The notes under the pieces are model-generated. The model ran no database searches. It was given only the letters and a program-made list of their open reading frames with translations, and was not told the DNA's origin. A program made the translations under genes and the position numbers. Below are positions 24,893 to 37,794 of a stretch of DNA of 64,000 bases, piece after piece (positions within the stretch are counted from its first letter, which is position 1; each line of letters starts with the position of its first letter). Source of the stretch: Octopus sinensis (Eukaryota); NCBI RefSeq assembly GCF_006345805.1, contig NC_043016.1:1984001-2048000 (forward strand), written 5' to 3'.

Positions 24893-26163
24893 CGAGGGGC
24901 GTTCAATAAGTAATGCCCCTGACCCACTTCCCATAGAAGTAGAGCAACGAAACTTGGCACAGTTATTAGTCTTTTTCTACATAGGAACCACCCAGAGTTA
25001 CACATTTCTCCCATCGTTTGATGCGGCTCTGGAGACCGTTTTTGTAGAAGAACCCAGCTTGGTCCTCCAACCTCAACGTGACTTCAGAAATCAAGGCTGC
25101 ATCATCTGGGAAACGCTTTCCTTTCAAAAACAACTTCATGATTGGGAAGAGGTGAAAATCAGAGGGTGCAAGGTCAGGAAAGTAGCGGGGATGGGGAGGA
25201 GTTCATAGCCATACGCCTGTGCTTCTGATCTGGCGACAAGCGAGTTGTGGACCGGAGCGTTGTCCTGCAGGAGGAGGATGCCTTTGCTGATCTTGCCCCG
25301 CCTCTTGATTTTGATAACTTCTCTTAATTTCCTCAAAAGTGAAGCATAATAGGCTCCTGCAATTGTGGTACCATTTGCCAGAAAATCTGTCATTACTACT
25401 CCGTCCTGGCCCCAGAAGACTGTGAGCATGACCTTGCCAGCGGAGGGCTGCACCCTTGCCTTCTTTGGAGGGGGTGAGTCACGGTGCTTCCACTGCATTG
25501 ACTGGGCTTTGGTCTCTGGATCATCGTGATGGACCCAGGCTTTTGAAAAATTTTGACTCATCTTCTTGGCACATCTCCAAATTCACCCTCGAGCACTCGA
25601 CGCGTTCTTGCTTCTGAAAAGGCGTGATCAACCTGGGAATCCATCTGGCAGACACCTTTTGCATATGCAAATGGTCATGAATGATAGTTTCCACAGACCC
25701 GGTACTAATCTTGACCTCATGGGCTATTTGGCGAATAATTATGCGTCGATCTTCCAAAATGGCAGCCTCAACTTGACGGACAGATGCCTCATCAATGGCA
25801 GAAGGGGGCGACCAGATCTGGGAGTTGTTTCCACAGAGTTCCGACCATGTTTGAATTCACGATGCCAGCGTTTTACAAGGTCATATGATGGGGCATCATT
25901 ACCATAAGTTACTTTCATTTCATCAAAAGTCTCCCGTGGTGTGCGTCCTTTCAAATACAAAAACCGGATCACTGCTCGACACTCAACAGGCTCCATTTCA
26001 CACTTGACTCGGTTCAAACACCTGTAAATCAGAAACCACACTTAATTCAGAGCTGTAAGTTGCCACTTACTCTATAGAGATATAAATGATTGCACATGCA
26101 AAATTTCAGCTAGATCAAACAACTGCAAGTGGGTCAGAGGCATTACTTATTGAACGTCCCTCG
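24893..26163 (-). mobile_element. Full-length mariner (DD34D) transposon, frameshifted, inserted in (TA)n
   Basis: ~37-bp TIRs cgaggggcgttcaataagtaatgcccctgacccactt flanked by TA; MEPVECRAVIRFL..PRSGRP, KVSARWIPRL, SAGKVMLTVFW, LLQDNAPVH. Confidence 0.95.
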
Positions 26164-26248
26164 TATATATCTATATATAATATATATATTATATATATAT
26201 ATATATTATATATATAACACATATATATATAATATATATAAATACATA

Positions 26249-26379
<131 letters not shown>

Positions 26380-26419
26380 ATTAATACATATATTATATGT
26401 GTATATAATATATATATAC

Positions 26420-26461
<42 letters not shown>

Positions 26462-26517
26462 ATATAATATAAATAATATATAAATTATGCATATATACAT
26501 ACATATATGTACATACC

Positions 26518-26557
<40 letters not shown>

Positions 26558-26559
26558 GG

Positions 26560-27020
26560 TACAGGACATAAAAAAAACGTCGAACACAGTGAGAAATGAA
26601 AACAAAAACAAAACCATAGAAACGAATTTTTTCGAACAACGAGAAAAACGAGAAACGATACATACAACATAAAGAGTATTCCACTTCATCAGTTGTCCTG
26701 TTTCATCTACCCCACGATTCAAAGGCAAGGACAAGTCGCGACTTCGTTGAAACAGTTCTTTACGCAAAGCAAATGAAATAAAATTTGGAATTTTTTGCGG
26801 AGGGTAAAAGAGGTAACATGAACAGGACAGTAAGAACAAAACCGTGAAAAGACCAGAACAGTGAGAAGAAAACAGTAAATCGGTGAGGGCTGTGAAGCCG
26901 ACACGATAGAAAAATTATTCTGAACGAGAGGAAGACGAGCTTAATGAAGGAGACAGTATAGCACGTTTTTTTTCTTTTCGAAGGTTGTGGGGCAGAAAGA
27001 CAGATTATTTTTCGTCACGT
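26560..27020 (-). mobile_element. Probable Penelope-like element 3' end / terminal repeat
   Basis: Purine-rich repeat abutting (TA)n; contains CUGAUGA on the minus strand; architecture similar to 50680-51530. Assignment by resemblance only. Confidence 0.35.
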
Positions 27021-28124
27021 GGCAGCGACGAGAGAGTTGAGGAGGAGGAGTGAGAGAGAGAGAGAGAGAGAGAACAGTGAAGAGGAGAGAAGAAGAATAG
27101 GGAAGGGTGGGAGAGAAAAATAGAAGAAGAATAGGGAAGGGTGGGAGAGAAAAATAGAAGAAGAATAGGGGAAGAATAGAAGATTAATATTGAATAAATT
27201 GGAGTCAACAAGAAGGGGCACGGTTGGACATTCTATGTATGTACTATGTACGATGTATTTATGTATTATGTGTGTTTGTATATATGTATCATGCATGTAT
27301 GGATGAGTGCATATATATATATGCATGCATGCATGTATGTAATGTGTATCTATGTATGTATGTAAACAACCTAGAGTGCAGCGCGCTTAACATCTGCTTG
27401 TCCTACGCTTTGTTTTCCAGATATGTACATCTGTGTGTGTGCGTGCGTGTTTTGTTTTTCTTTTTTTTTATTTTTGTTCACAGGTAATTGTGTGGTTTGA
27501 AAATATTAAAAATGTAGTGGATAAATTACCATGATTAATAAAGCAAAGCTGTTGTAAACTGTTTAAAGCTTGTCTAACATCATGGCTGACAAAGAAAAAT
27601 TAAATGGATGCAGGCTCTGTTTTTGTTTTATTTTATTTATTTACTTATTAATCTATTTATTTATTTATTTATTTAGAAGTGAGGAAGTAAAAATTTTCTC
27701 TACTATTTGTTTTTATTTTTTCTTAGGTTGGCAGAGGTGTTGGGAAAGGGAATGGTAATTCATTGTTTGAGAACAACTGAAGTAAATGACATTCTCACGA
27801 TGATGTAATATTCTCGTGGCGACGAAATTAGCATATACAACATCGATAAATACATAATCTTAGAAATAGAGCACCCGGCCCAAAATCAAAAGATCTTTTA
27901 CCAAATATCTACATAATATAATTTGCTCTTCAAGACTGCCACATTAGCCAACTACTCGATGCACAACGTGGTCATTTGTATGTGGGCGTATTTTTTTTTT
28001 CTTTCGTTTTTTGTAGAAACCGAGGTGGATTTTACATTGGTGGTACAATTCGCAAACACCACATCCGTATATATTAACACTTTAAATAACTACTTTTGCC
28101 ACCAAAGAAAATAATAATAATAAT

Positions 28125-28338
28125 TTGTTTGTTCCTTCTCGAACCACGTCCGGCTCATTAGGGCCGGTTTCCCGGTTTCCTTCACGTGTAGGTTCCACAC
28201 CTGGACGGGACGCCGGTCCGTCGAAAGTGAGCTTAGGTGTTTCGCTCATAAACACACACATCGCCCGGTCTAACATTTGAACCCGCGATCCCTCGACCAC
28301 GAGTCCGCTGCTTTAACCACTAGGCAATGTGCCTCCAC
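28125..28338 (-). mobile_element. tRNA-derived SINE (family 3 group)
   Basis: Minus strand gtggaggcacattgcctagtggttaaagc...gggttcaaat; 3' gaaaccgggaaaccggccctaatgagcc shared with 62565-62788. Confidence 0.8.
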
Positions 28339-28339
<1 letters not shown>

Positions 28340-28390
<51 letters not shown>

Positions 28391-28550
28391 TAATAATGAT
28401 AATAATAATAATAAAAATAAAAATAACAATAATAATAATAACAATAATATAATAATAATAATAATAATATAATAATAACGATAATAATAATAACAATAAT
28501 AATAATAATAATATAATAATAATAATAATAATAATATGATAATAATAATA

Positions 28551-28582
<32 letters not shown>

Positions 28583-28749
28583 AATAATAATATAATAATA
28601 ATATAATAATATAATAATAATAATAATAATAATAATATAATAATAATGATAATAATAATAATAAAAATAAAAATAACAATAATAATAATAACAATAATAA
28701 TAATAATAATAATAATAATGATAATAATAATAACGATAATAATAATAAC

Positions 28750-28780
<31 letters not shown>

Positions 28781-28853
28781 TAATAATAATAATGATATAA
28801 TAATAATAACGATAATAATAATAACAATAATAATAATAATGATAATAATAATA

Positions 28854-28885
<32 letters not shown>

Positions 28886-28895
28886 AATAATAATA

Positions 28896-28926
<31 letters not shown>
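28340..28926 (+). repeat. (TAA)n/(TGA)n compound microsatellite with a ~300-bp higher-order repeat
   Basis: Interruptions aaaataaaaataacaat and (gat)n each occur twice. Confidence 0.95.
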
Positions 28927-28928
<2 letters not shown>

Positions 28929-29932
28929 AGACACAGAAACACTTATACATCCTAGCGGAACAACTGAAAAAAATAACTCTAAAAGACTAGAATATCCACA
29001 GATTTCTATGAGTACTTTGAATTTCCCTCAAAATAAGTTGAGGAACTTACATATCTACAGCTTTGGACATACAAAGGGACACCTCAAAAATTTAGAGACT
29101 TTAATATCTTCAATTTTGTGTGAACACTTTGTCTTCCCTTGTTCCCTGACTAACAGAATTTGTAAACAAGCCTTTTATTGTAACAACACAATTAAGTGCA
29201 CGATAAAAAATTAAGGAAGTAAGCACCTGCCAATATATATATATATACTGCACAACTACAAAAACTGTAAACCACAGCAAAACGCTTTAAAAAACAGGAA
29301 AATTTCCAAGAGAAAAAGAAAAAGAAATTCAGAAATTCAAAAATGCAACGAGGTGAACATCTCTTCCTCCTACTATTCCTAAGACTGGAATATCTACAAT
29401 TTCCTGTGAGTATTTTAAATCTGCCTCAAAATAAAATAAGTTAGGAAACTTACACACCTACAGCTTTCGAACACACAAATGATCAGCTTTAAATAAACCT
29501 TTAATATCTACAACTACTGTGTGAATACTTATCCTTTCCTTCTCCTTGAGTATTCGAAACACCATCCCCCTTTTTATTCTAAGAACACTACAATTTTCCT
29601 GTGCGGTCAAACAAAAGAACATATTTAGTTAATCTTAAAACTTTACTATCTACAACTTGTTTCTTTCTTTGACTCTCCCTGACTATTCCAAAATGTAAAC
29701 ATCCTTTACATTGCAAATGTCCTACTGTATTCTCCAACTGGACAGACAAATGAACATCTCAAGAAAACTTTAAAAAACTTTAATATATTACCCAAATACG
29801 TAAACACACCTTTTATTGCAACAACACAATTGAATTCAAAAATTCAAAAATTCAACGACGTGAATATCAGTATATATGGTGTGTGTATATATATATGTGT
29901 GTGTGTGTGAGTGAGTGTGTGTGTGTTTGTGT

Positions 29933-29979
<47 letters not shown>

Positions 29980-30296
29980 TATGTGTGTGTGTGTATTATT
30001 ATTGTTTTTCTACCAGTAATTACAAATAGAACAGGTTGAATTGCTTCTTTTCAAGGCAGCGCTCTCGGTGGATAGTGGCCACTGGTAGCAGTAAACACAT
30101 TTGACATCTGCTGACCCAAAAGGTTCGAAAATTCCTTTGTTTCTATGGCTGAACTCCACACCATCTGCTGAATCTATTTATAGACCTGTAGAATATGATT
30201 CATTTACCAAACTGCTACCAACTAGTTCCTCAAACAATGGTAGTGGTGGTGATGGTGATAATGGATAAAAATAAAAATAATAATAATATAATAATA

Positions 30297-30335
<39 letters not shown>

Positions 30336-30373
30336 TAATAATAATAATGATGATGATGATGATGATGATGATG

Positions 30374-30405
<32 letters not shown>

Positions 30406-31420
30406 TAATAATAATAATGAAGACACAGAAACACTTATACATCCTAGCGGAACAACTGAAAAAAAATAACTCTAAAAGACTAGAATATCCACAGATTTCT
30501 ATGAGTACTTTGAATTTCCCTCAAAATAAGTTGAGGAACTTACATATCTACAGCTTTGGACATACAAAGGGACACCTCAAAAAATTTAGAGACTTTAATA
30601 TCTTCAATTTTGTGTGAACACTTTGTCTTCCCTTGTTCCCTGACTAACAGAATTTGTAAACAAGCCTTTTATTGTAACAACACAATTAAGTGCACGATAA
30701 AAAATTAAGGAAGTAAGCACCTGCCAATATATATATATATACTGCACAACTACAAAAACTGTAAACCACAGCAAAACGCTTTAAAAAACAGGAAAATTTC
30801 CAAGAGAAAAAGAAAAAGAATTCAGAAATTCAAAAATGCAACGAGGTGAACATCTCTTCCTCCTACTATTCCCTAAGACTGGAATATCTACAATTTCCTG
30901 TGAGTATTTTAAATCTGCCTCAAAATAAAATAAGTTAGGAAACTTACACACCTACAGCTTTCGAACACACAAATGATCAGCTTTAAATAAACCTTTAATA
31001 TCTACAACTACTGTGTGAATACTTATCCTTTCCTTCTCCTTGAGTATTCGAAACACCATCCCCCTTTTTATTCTAAGAACACTACAATTTTCCTGTGCGG
31101 TCAAACAAAAGAACATATTTAGTTAATCTTAAAACTTTACTATCTACAACTTGTTTTCTTTCTTTGACTCTCCCTGACTATTCCAAAATGTAAACATCCT
31201 TTACATTGCAAAAGTCCTACTGTATTCTCCAACTGGAGAGACAAACATCTCAAGAAAACTTAAAAACTTTAATATATTACCCAAATACGTAAACACACCT
31301 TTTATTGCAACAACACAATTGAATTCAAAAATTCAAAAATTCAACGACGTGAATATCAGTATATATGGTGTGTGTATATATATATGTGTGTGTGTGTGAG
31401 TGAGTGTGTGTGTGTTGTGT

Positions 31421-31467
<47 letters not shown>

Positions 31468-31778
31468 TATGTGTGTGTGTGTATTATTATTGTTTTTCTA
31501 CCAGTAATTACAATAGAACAGGTTGAATTGCTTCTTTCAAGGCAGCGCTCTCGGTGGATAGTGGCCACTGGTAGCAGTAAACACATTTGACATCTGCTGA
31601 CCCAAAAGGTTCGAAAATTCCTTTGTTTCTATGGCTGAACTCCACACCATCTGCTGAATCTATTTATAGACCTGTAGAATATGATTCATTTACCAAACTG
31701 CTACCCAACTAGTTCCTCAAACAATGGTAGTGGTGGTGATGGTGATAATGGATAAAAATAAAAATAATAATAATAATA
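28927..31778 (+). repeat. ~1.49-kb near-identical tandem duplication
   Basis: gaagacacagaaacac starts at 28927 and 30419; both copies end ggataaaaataaaaataataat; joined through a (TAA)n tract. Confidence 0.95.
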
Positions 31779-32099
31779 TGCTGCAGCTGCTAAGGCTAAA
31801 TACTACTAATAATACTACAATAATAATACTACAATAATAATACTACAACTACTACTATTATGACAGCACAGGAATCTGAGGCCCAACTACCACCCTTACA
31901 ACTACCCCCACCCCTGCTACTTTTGCTATTGCTGCAACCACTGCTACTACTACACATAAAAACAATAATATCAGTGATATCAATGATGATAATAATAATA
32001 ATGAACGGAAACAGGTGGAGCCTCATGGGCTGATTAATAATGATACATCTAGTGTCACAATAAAAACACTGGTTATTGCGCAACCTGATAATCGCTACC

Positions 32100-33147
32100 T
32101 CATATGAATGACAATAAAAAAACAGAATATTGTGAATAACGGTTGTAATGAAACTAAAGCCAATGATGGTGACAGTGTTACATCCGGTAGGGTCAGAGAT
32201 TCTGGTCCGGCTCCAGCCTGTCGATATCCAGAAATGGACCACCACACGCGGCGTAGATGGAGCAAGCAAATTAATGCTGTGGTCATGGAGTGTTACTACA
32301 CGAGCAGCCCGGTAGATGAAAATGGTGCTCAAATTAGGGGTTTAAGGAAAAAATTAACCATTTACTCTACATGGTCGATCTGAAGAATGAAAAAGAGATA
32401 GAATTCTTAATACAGACTGTGAGACTCTTCAGCAAAGATATAGGTATGGAATTTGGCGTAGATAAGTGTGCAATATTAGGCATGAGAAGAGGGCAAGAGT
32501 AGCAAGATTATACTTACCTAGAAATGAAGGTGGAAGACGGTTAATATCAGTAGATGACTGTGTGGTGTTAGCTACAGTAGATATAGATTCTTGTGTAAGT
32601 AATAGTGAAGAAAGTTTATTAGAAGTTGCTAGTCACAGCAAGACATAGGGAAACCAAAACACCAAACGAACATAAAAGCCAGAAAAAAAAACAACAGAAA
32701 TGATCTGACTGGCAGAAGGCCTTGCATGGTAGATTCCCAAACATAGTTGCAGGAAATAGTAGTAGTGAGACATGGTTATGGCTGCAGAAAGGAAAGCTGA
32801 AGAGGGAGACATAAAGCTAGTTAGTAGCTGCACAAGATCAAGCATTAAGAACTTGGATGAAAGCCAAGATAGATAAAAACTAAGCAAATTTCCAATGTAG
32901 ATTATACAAATCAAAGGAGGAAAGCGTTACTCATATAGTAAGGAAATGTAGCCTACTGGCACAGAAAAAATACAAGAAAAGACATCACAAACTAGGGAGA
33001 GTAATCCACTGGGAGCTTTGTAGAAAGTTAGGATTTGAACATACTGATAAATGAACACGAACCTAGTAGAGTACTAGAAAGTAAGAAATATAAGATGTTG
33101 TGAGACTTTAACTTCCAGACTGACAGAGTAATAGAAGCTAGAAGAAG
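32100..33147 (+). mobile_element. R4/Dong-clade LINE, internally deleted mosaic remnant
   Basis: RRRWSKQINAVVMECYY, FSKDIGMEFGVDKC, RLYLPRNEGGR, AAQDQALRT, IHWELC, DFNFQTDRVIEARR. Confidence 0.85.
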
Positions 33148-33379
33148 ATGAAAGATGAAAGACAAAGTCGAGCTCAGCGGAATTTGAACTCAGAACATGA
33201 AGATTGATGAAATGTCGTTGAGCATTCCGCTAACGTTTCTTACTTTAATTTCACGAGGAGGCTGTTCGATTTTGTCGGATCAGCTGGAACACTCGTCGTC
33301 ATAACCGACGGAGTGTCATTATAAGTTGGTCACATATTTACTATAAGCGCAGTTAACAAATTGATTTATGATAATTGGG

Positions 33380-33920
33380 GGGGGGGGCGATTACATCGAC
33401 CCCAGTACGCAACTGGTACTTAATTTATCGACTCCCAAAAGGATGAAAGAGGCAAAGTCAACCTCGGCGGAATTTGAACTCAGAAAGTAAAGACAGGCGA
33501 AATACCTATTTCTTTACTACCCACAAGGGGCTAAACACAGAGGGGACAAACAAGAACAGACAAACAGATTAAGTCGCTTACATCGACCCCAGTGCGTAAC
33601 TAGTGCTTATTTAATCGACCCCGAAAGGATGAAAGGTAAAGTCGACCTCGGCGGAATTTGAACACAGAACGTAGCGGCTAACGAAATAACTGTTTCTTTA
33701 CTACCTACAAGGGGCTAAACACAGAGGGGACAAACAAGGACAGACAAACGGACTAAATCGATTATATCGACCCCAGTGCATAACGTGTACTTATTTAATC
33801 GACCCCGAAAGGATGAAAGGCAAAGTCGACCTCGGCGGAATTTGAACTCAGAACGTAACAGCAGACGAAATACAGCTACGCATTTCGCCCAGCGCGCCAA
33901 CGTTTCTCCCAGCTTGTCAC
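33380..33920 (-). mobile_element. Head-to-tail array of three SINE family 2 bodies
   Basis: Three copies of gaaaggatgaaaggcaaagtcgacctcggcggaatttgaactcagaacg joined at gaaatacctatttctttac. Further fragments at ~33150-33240 (-) and ~33975-34150 (+). Confidence 0.9.
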
Positions 33921-35869
33921 CTTAACAACAATATCAACAGTTACAACAACAACAATAACAACAACAACAATAATGTTGCAACATTTCGTCCGTTTGTACG
34001 TTCTGAGTTCGTATTCGACCGAGGTGGACTTTACCTTTCATCCTTTCGAGATCGATAAAATAAATACCAATTTGAACACTGGGGTCGAATTAATCGACTT
34101 AACCTCTCCCTCGAAATTGCTGGCCTTGTGCCAAAATTTGAAATCAGTATTACTTAATGGAATTTCTTGTTGACAATTTTAAGAGTGACCTCCCTTATGT
34201 GACGTTTGCAGGGTTCCATAAGAGCCAGAAAATAAATGGAAAACGAGAGCTGAAACGTCTCGCTCTCACAATTAAAAATGAAACACCATTAGAGTTTTTA
34301 TGCACGAAGAGTAACAAAATGCTTTACCATGTATTCAAATTTCCATACAGAAAGTCTTAAGACGTGTGGTTTATCTAATTTAAGCCTGAGGTTTTCTGAC
34401 ACACGCTGTTAATTATGTGTTAATTATGAAATAATACCGCGTCAACGCATAATATTCAAATTAGTCTAGCCATTATAGCAGACTTCAACTTAGCGATTTT
34501 ACTATAAGCTCTTTTTAAGAATAGATAAATGAGGATTACGTCTCTTCTGATTCGTGATCAACAGACTGAGAAATGTATCATGGTGATCTTTACTCGTCTG
34601 TGTAGCAAGAAAAAAGCATGATTTATTCACATCTGTTTAGAGTTTCACTACAAAATGCTTAAAACTTTATAGCTGAACAACTTTAAATTTATCTCTGGTG
34701 TACATTCAGTGTTGTACAGATATTCTTATGAATTACACATATATTCAGTATTGGTATGTTATAAAAGAATGTCTTCAGTTTAACCTAATCACCAAATTCG
34801 AATATATACGTATTATAACACACGTGTACCCTTTCTCTCTGTAATGCTATGGAAGCAGCTTAATTTCTTTCTCATTACGACTATATTTAATGCATTGCGG
34901 AATTGAAATCATGGCTCATGTGATTAATAACGTCACACTTTGTACGGTGGCAGATATCGCGGTTACCTAATATTAACTCAATTCCGTGGATTAATTTATT
35001 CAATTCTGTAGATTGACTTGGCATTTTTTAATTTTTTTATTTTAAAATAATTAATATTACAGTATCTGCTTACTCAACCAGCACGTTACTGACGAACAAC
35101 CATGGACATAATGCAGACGACCGAAATACACCGATGTGCAGACAAGTTCTGAGGTTGCGACACCTGCAGGTTCTCCTGCGGGGTGAGCATGCGTGGTATC
35201 CGCTTGGAAGGCACGTTTTTTCTGCAGCTTATCTCTTTAACGGAGCTGTAAGTCCTTGGAAAGAAAAAAAAATTCTATGAATGAATGCCTGCCAATATTG
35301 TCAGGCTCTTACCGCTCTCTACTAGTTGGGCAATGCGGTCGGTGCAATTCTGTTTTAACAATATATCATAGTTAATTAAAGGTGAGCAACAACTGACGTT
35401 CTCGGGAAATTCTTAGCAGTAACGAAGACGAGTTAGTCTGTTTCGAAGGGCTTTCGGGTCAGACGCTACTATTGATAACTTCCAGAAATCTTTAGCTTTG
35501 AATGCTACCTAGAGGCACTGCGGTTCCGAGATGAACAGAAATGCTATCAGGCTGTACTGATAAGACGAGCACTTAGCGACGAAACCGTACTGCGTGTATA
35601 TGTGCTGTGTCCGAGCATTACTAATTTGAACAGCTGTTGTCGTGTGTAGGAAGTATTCGGATATTAGATGAGTCCATCGCGAGAATCACGCCACTTCCCG
35701 CCGTTAACAAGGAGTAGCAGGTTTGTTCCTCTCTCAAGTGGCTGTGACGAAATATGTAGTGTCGAACCCGAAAGGATTGCGGAAAGACACCTTCCTCTTC
35801 GGTCAAGTTTTCACTTGGAAAGAAATCCGAGGGTGGAGAGGAAAGCGCTCTCCTCTAGGTAATTTGTGA

Positions 35870-37319
35870 AATTAATGACGATGTCTTTAATGACCAGGTC
35901 TGATCGATTAGCCTGGATTGTTTTATCAGTGTTGACTGGAAAATCTCAGATGATAGTGACATTTTTACCTTCAACGACTGTCTCGGAGTGATGTTCATAT
36001 CAGTAAGCAGGACTGCTGATTTAGTAGTGTTTACATATTTTGCAATGTAAATATTGTCCTACCCTATCGTGGTGTATTCGTTTGGTGTCAGAAACAGAAC
36101 ATCCAGAGACGAGATGGTGTGTTGTTTCGTCAAATGTGTCGCAGAATCTGCATTTAGGGTCAGAACCGTTCTGGAAAACGTTAGCTTGGCAGTTTTTTGT
36201 GAGCAAGCTTTGATCTTATGCCGCCAATATGAATCTTTCAATCCTGAACTTCTCAGCCACTGATGGGTTGTTGCTTGATCTACATCAGCATTTCGAATTC
36301 GAATTATATACTGTCCATGGAGAGGCTTCTGGTTCCACCGCCCCTAAATTTGTTTCTGCCCGTTTTTTTTTTCTTTTGCAGCCTGCTTCATCAGTTTTGT
36401 TTGGTTGCAGTGGTTTCAGGTCCTTCATCTAATTCAGGGTTAATGCCGACTTTCCCTGGGAATTACCAAGCTTCCTTGACAAAGAAATGTGATCTCTTGC
36501 TGCTTTCGTGTTTGCACACAAGCTGCAGCATTCAATAATTTGTACCAGATAAATACATGTTCTCTGCTATTGTAGAGATCTTGGGTACGTACAGACGATC
36601 AACGTCTGCTTCTGGGTGGTGCATATTCTTAGATGTTAGTAGTTTTCTGTCTTCCTGTCCAGGCGATGGAGCTCTGTACGATTCCAGTTAGTGATCTTAA
36701 AACTTTATTCCTTTCTACTCTAGGTACAAAGCTCGAAATTTTGGGGGAGGAGGCCAGTCGACTACATCGACCCCAGTACGCAACTGGTACTTAATTTATC
36801 GACCCCGAAAGGATGAAACACAAAGTCAACCCCGGACGAATTTGAACTCAGAACGTAAAGACAAACGAAATACCTATTTCTTTACTACCCACAAGGGGCT
36901 AAACACAGAGAAGGACAAACAAGGACAGACATAGGTATTAAGTCGATTATATCGACCCCAGTGTGTAACTGGTACTTATTTAATCGACCCCGAAAGGATG
37001 AAAGGCAAAGTCGACCTCGGCGAAATTTGAACTCAGAACGTAAAGACAGACGAAATACCGCTAAGTATTTCGCCCGGCGTGCTAACGTTTCTGCCAGATC
37101 GCTGACTGTGATGTTAAAACTGTGATAGACGACTGGAAGTGCCAGAGTGTTAATGGCTTCGATGCAATTTTTAGAGTTGAGTTCAGTTTTTAGTATGAGT
37201 CTTAATCTCCTGTAATATTCTTTTCTTGTTTTTTCCTTCATAGTAAGCATGTTGTATACCACCTCCTTCGTTTATCCCCAGGTATATGTAATTTTCTTGT
37301 GAGTCAAGCTCCTTGATGG

Positions 37320-37320
<1 letters not shown>
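35870..37320 (-). mobile_element. R4/Dong-clade LINE fragment, interrupted by a SINE dimer at ~36705-37103
   Basis: KEKTRKEYYRRLRLILKTELNSKN, HHPEADVDRLYVP, DPKCRFC..ETTHHLVSGC, HDRVGQYLH. Confidence 0.88.
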
Positions 37321-37407
<87 letters not shown>

Positions 37408-37459
37408 CATTATTATTATTATATTATTATTATTATTATTATTATGATTATGATTATTA

Positions 37460-37549
<90 letters not shown>

Positions 37550-37575
37550 GATTATGGATATTATTATTATTATTA

Positions 37576-37613
<38 letters not shown>

Positions 37614-37737
37614 ATTATTATTTATTATTATTATTGTTATTATTATTATTGTTGTTATTATTATTATTATTGTTATTATATTATTATTGTTATTATTGTT
37701 ATTATTATTATTATTATTATTATATTATTATTATTAA

Positions 37738-37779
<42 letters not shown>

Positions 37780-37780
37780 C
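37321..37780 (-). repeat. (TAA)n microsatellite between two R4/Dong elements
   Basis: Direct inspection. Confidence 0.97.
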
Positions 37781-37794
37781 ATCTTTTTTTTTTT

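Noticed and set aside
26640-26740. CUGAUGA on the minus strand (and CUGAGGA at ~50805) as hammerhead cores
   Set aside because: No stem II closing onto a downstream GAAA could be formed.
28270-28950. Poly-Ile/Leu/Tyr ORFs that look like membrane proteins (also 37548-37861, 40582-41031)
   Set aside because: Translations of (TAA)n/(TGA)n microsatellites.
30010-30190. Possible minus-strand exon inside the duplicated unit (tattctacAG acceptor)
   Set aside because: Stops follow the acceptor in all frames, and the two copies disagree in frame.
33380-33920. Regularly spaced repeats superficially like a CRISPR array or tRNA cluster
   Set aside because: Units are ~180-bp SINE bodies with no unique spacers or cas genes, in eukaryotic context; the SINE heads are tRNA-derived but do not form complete cloverleaves.
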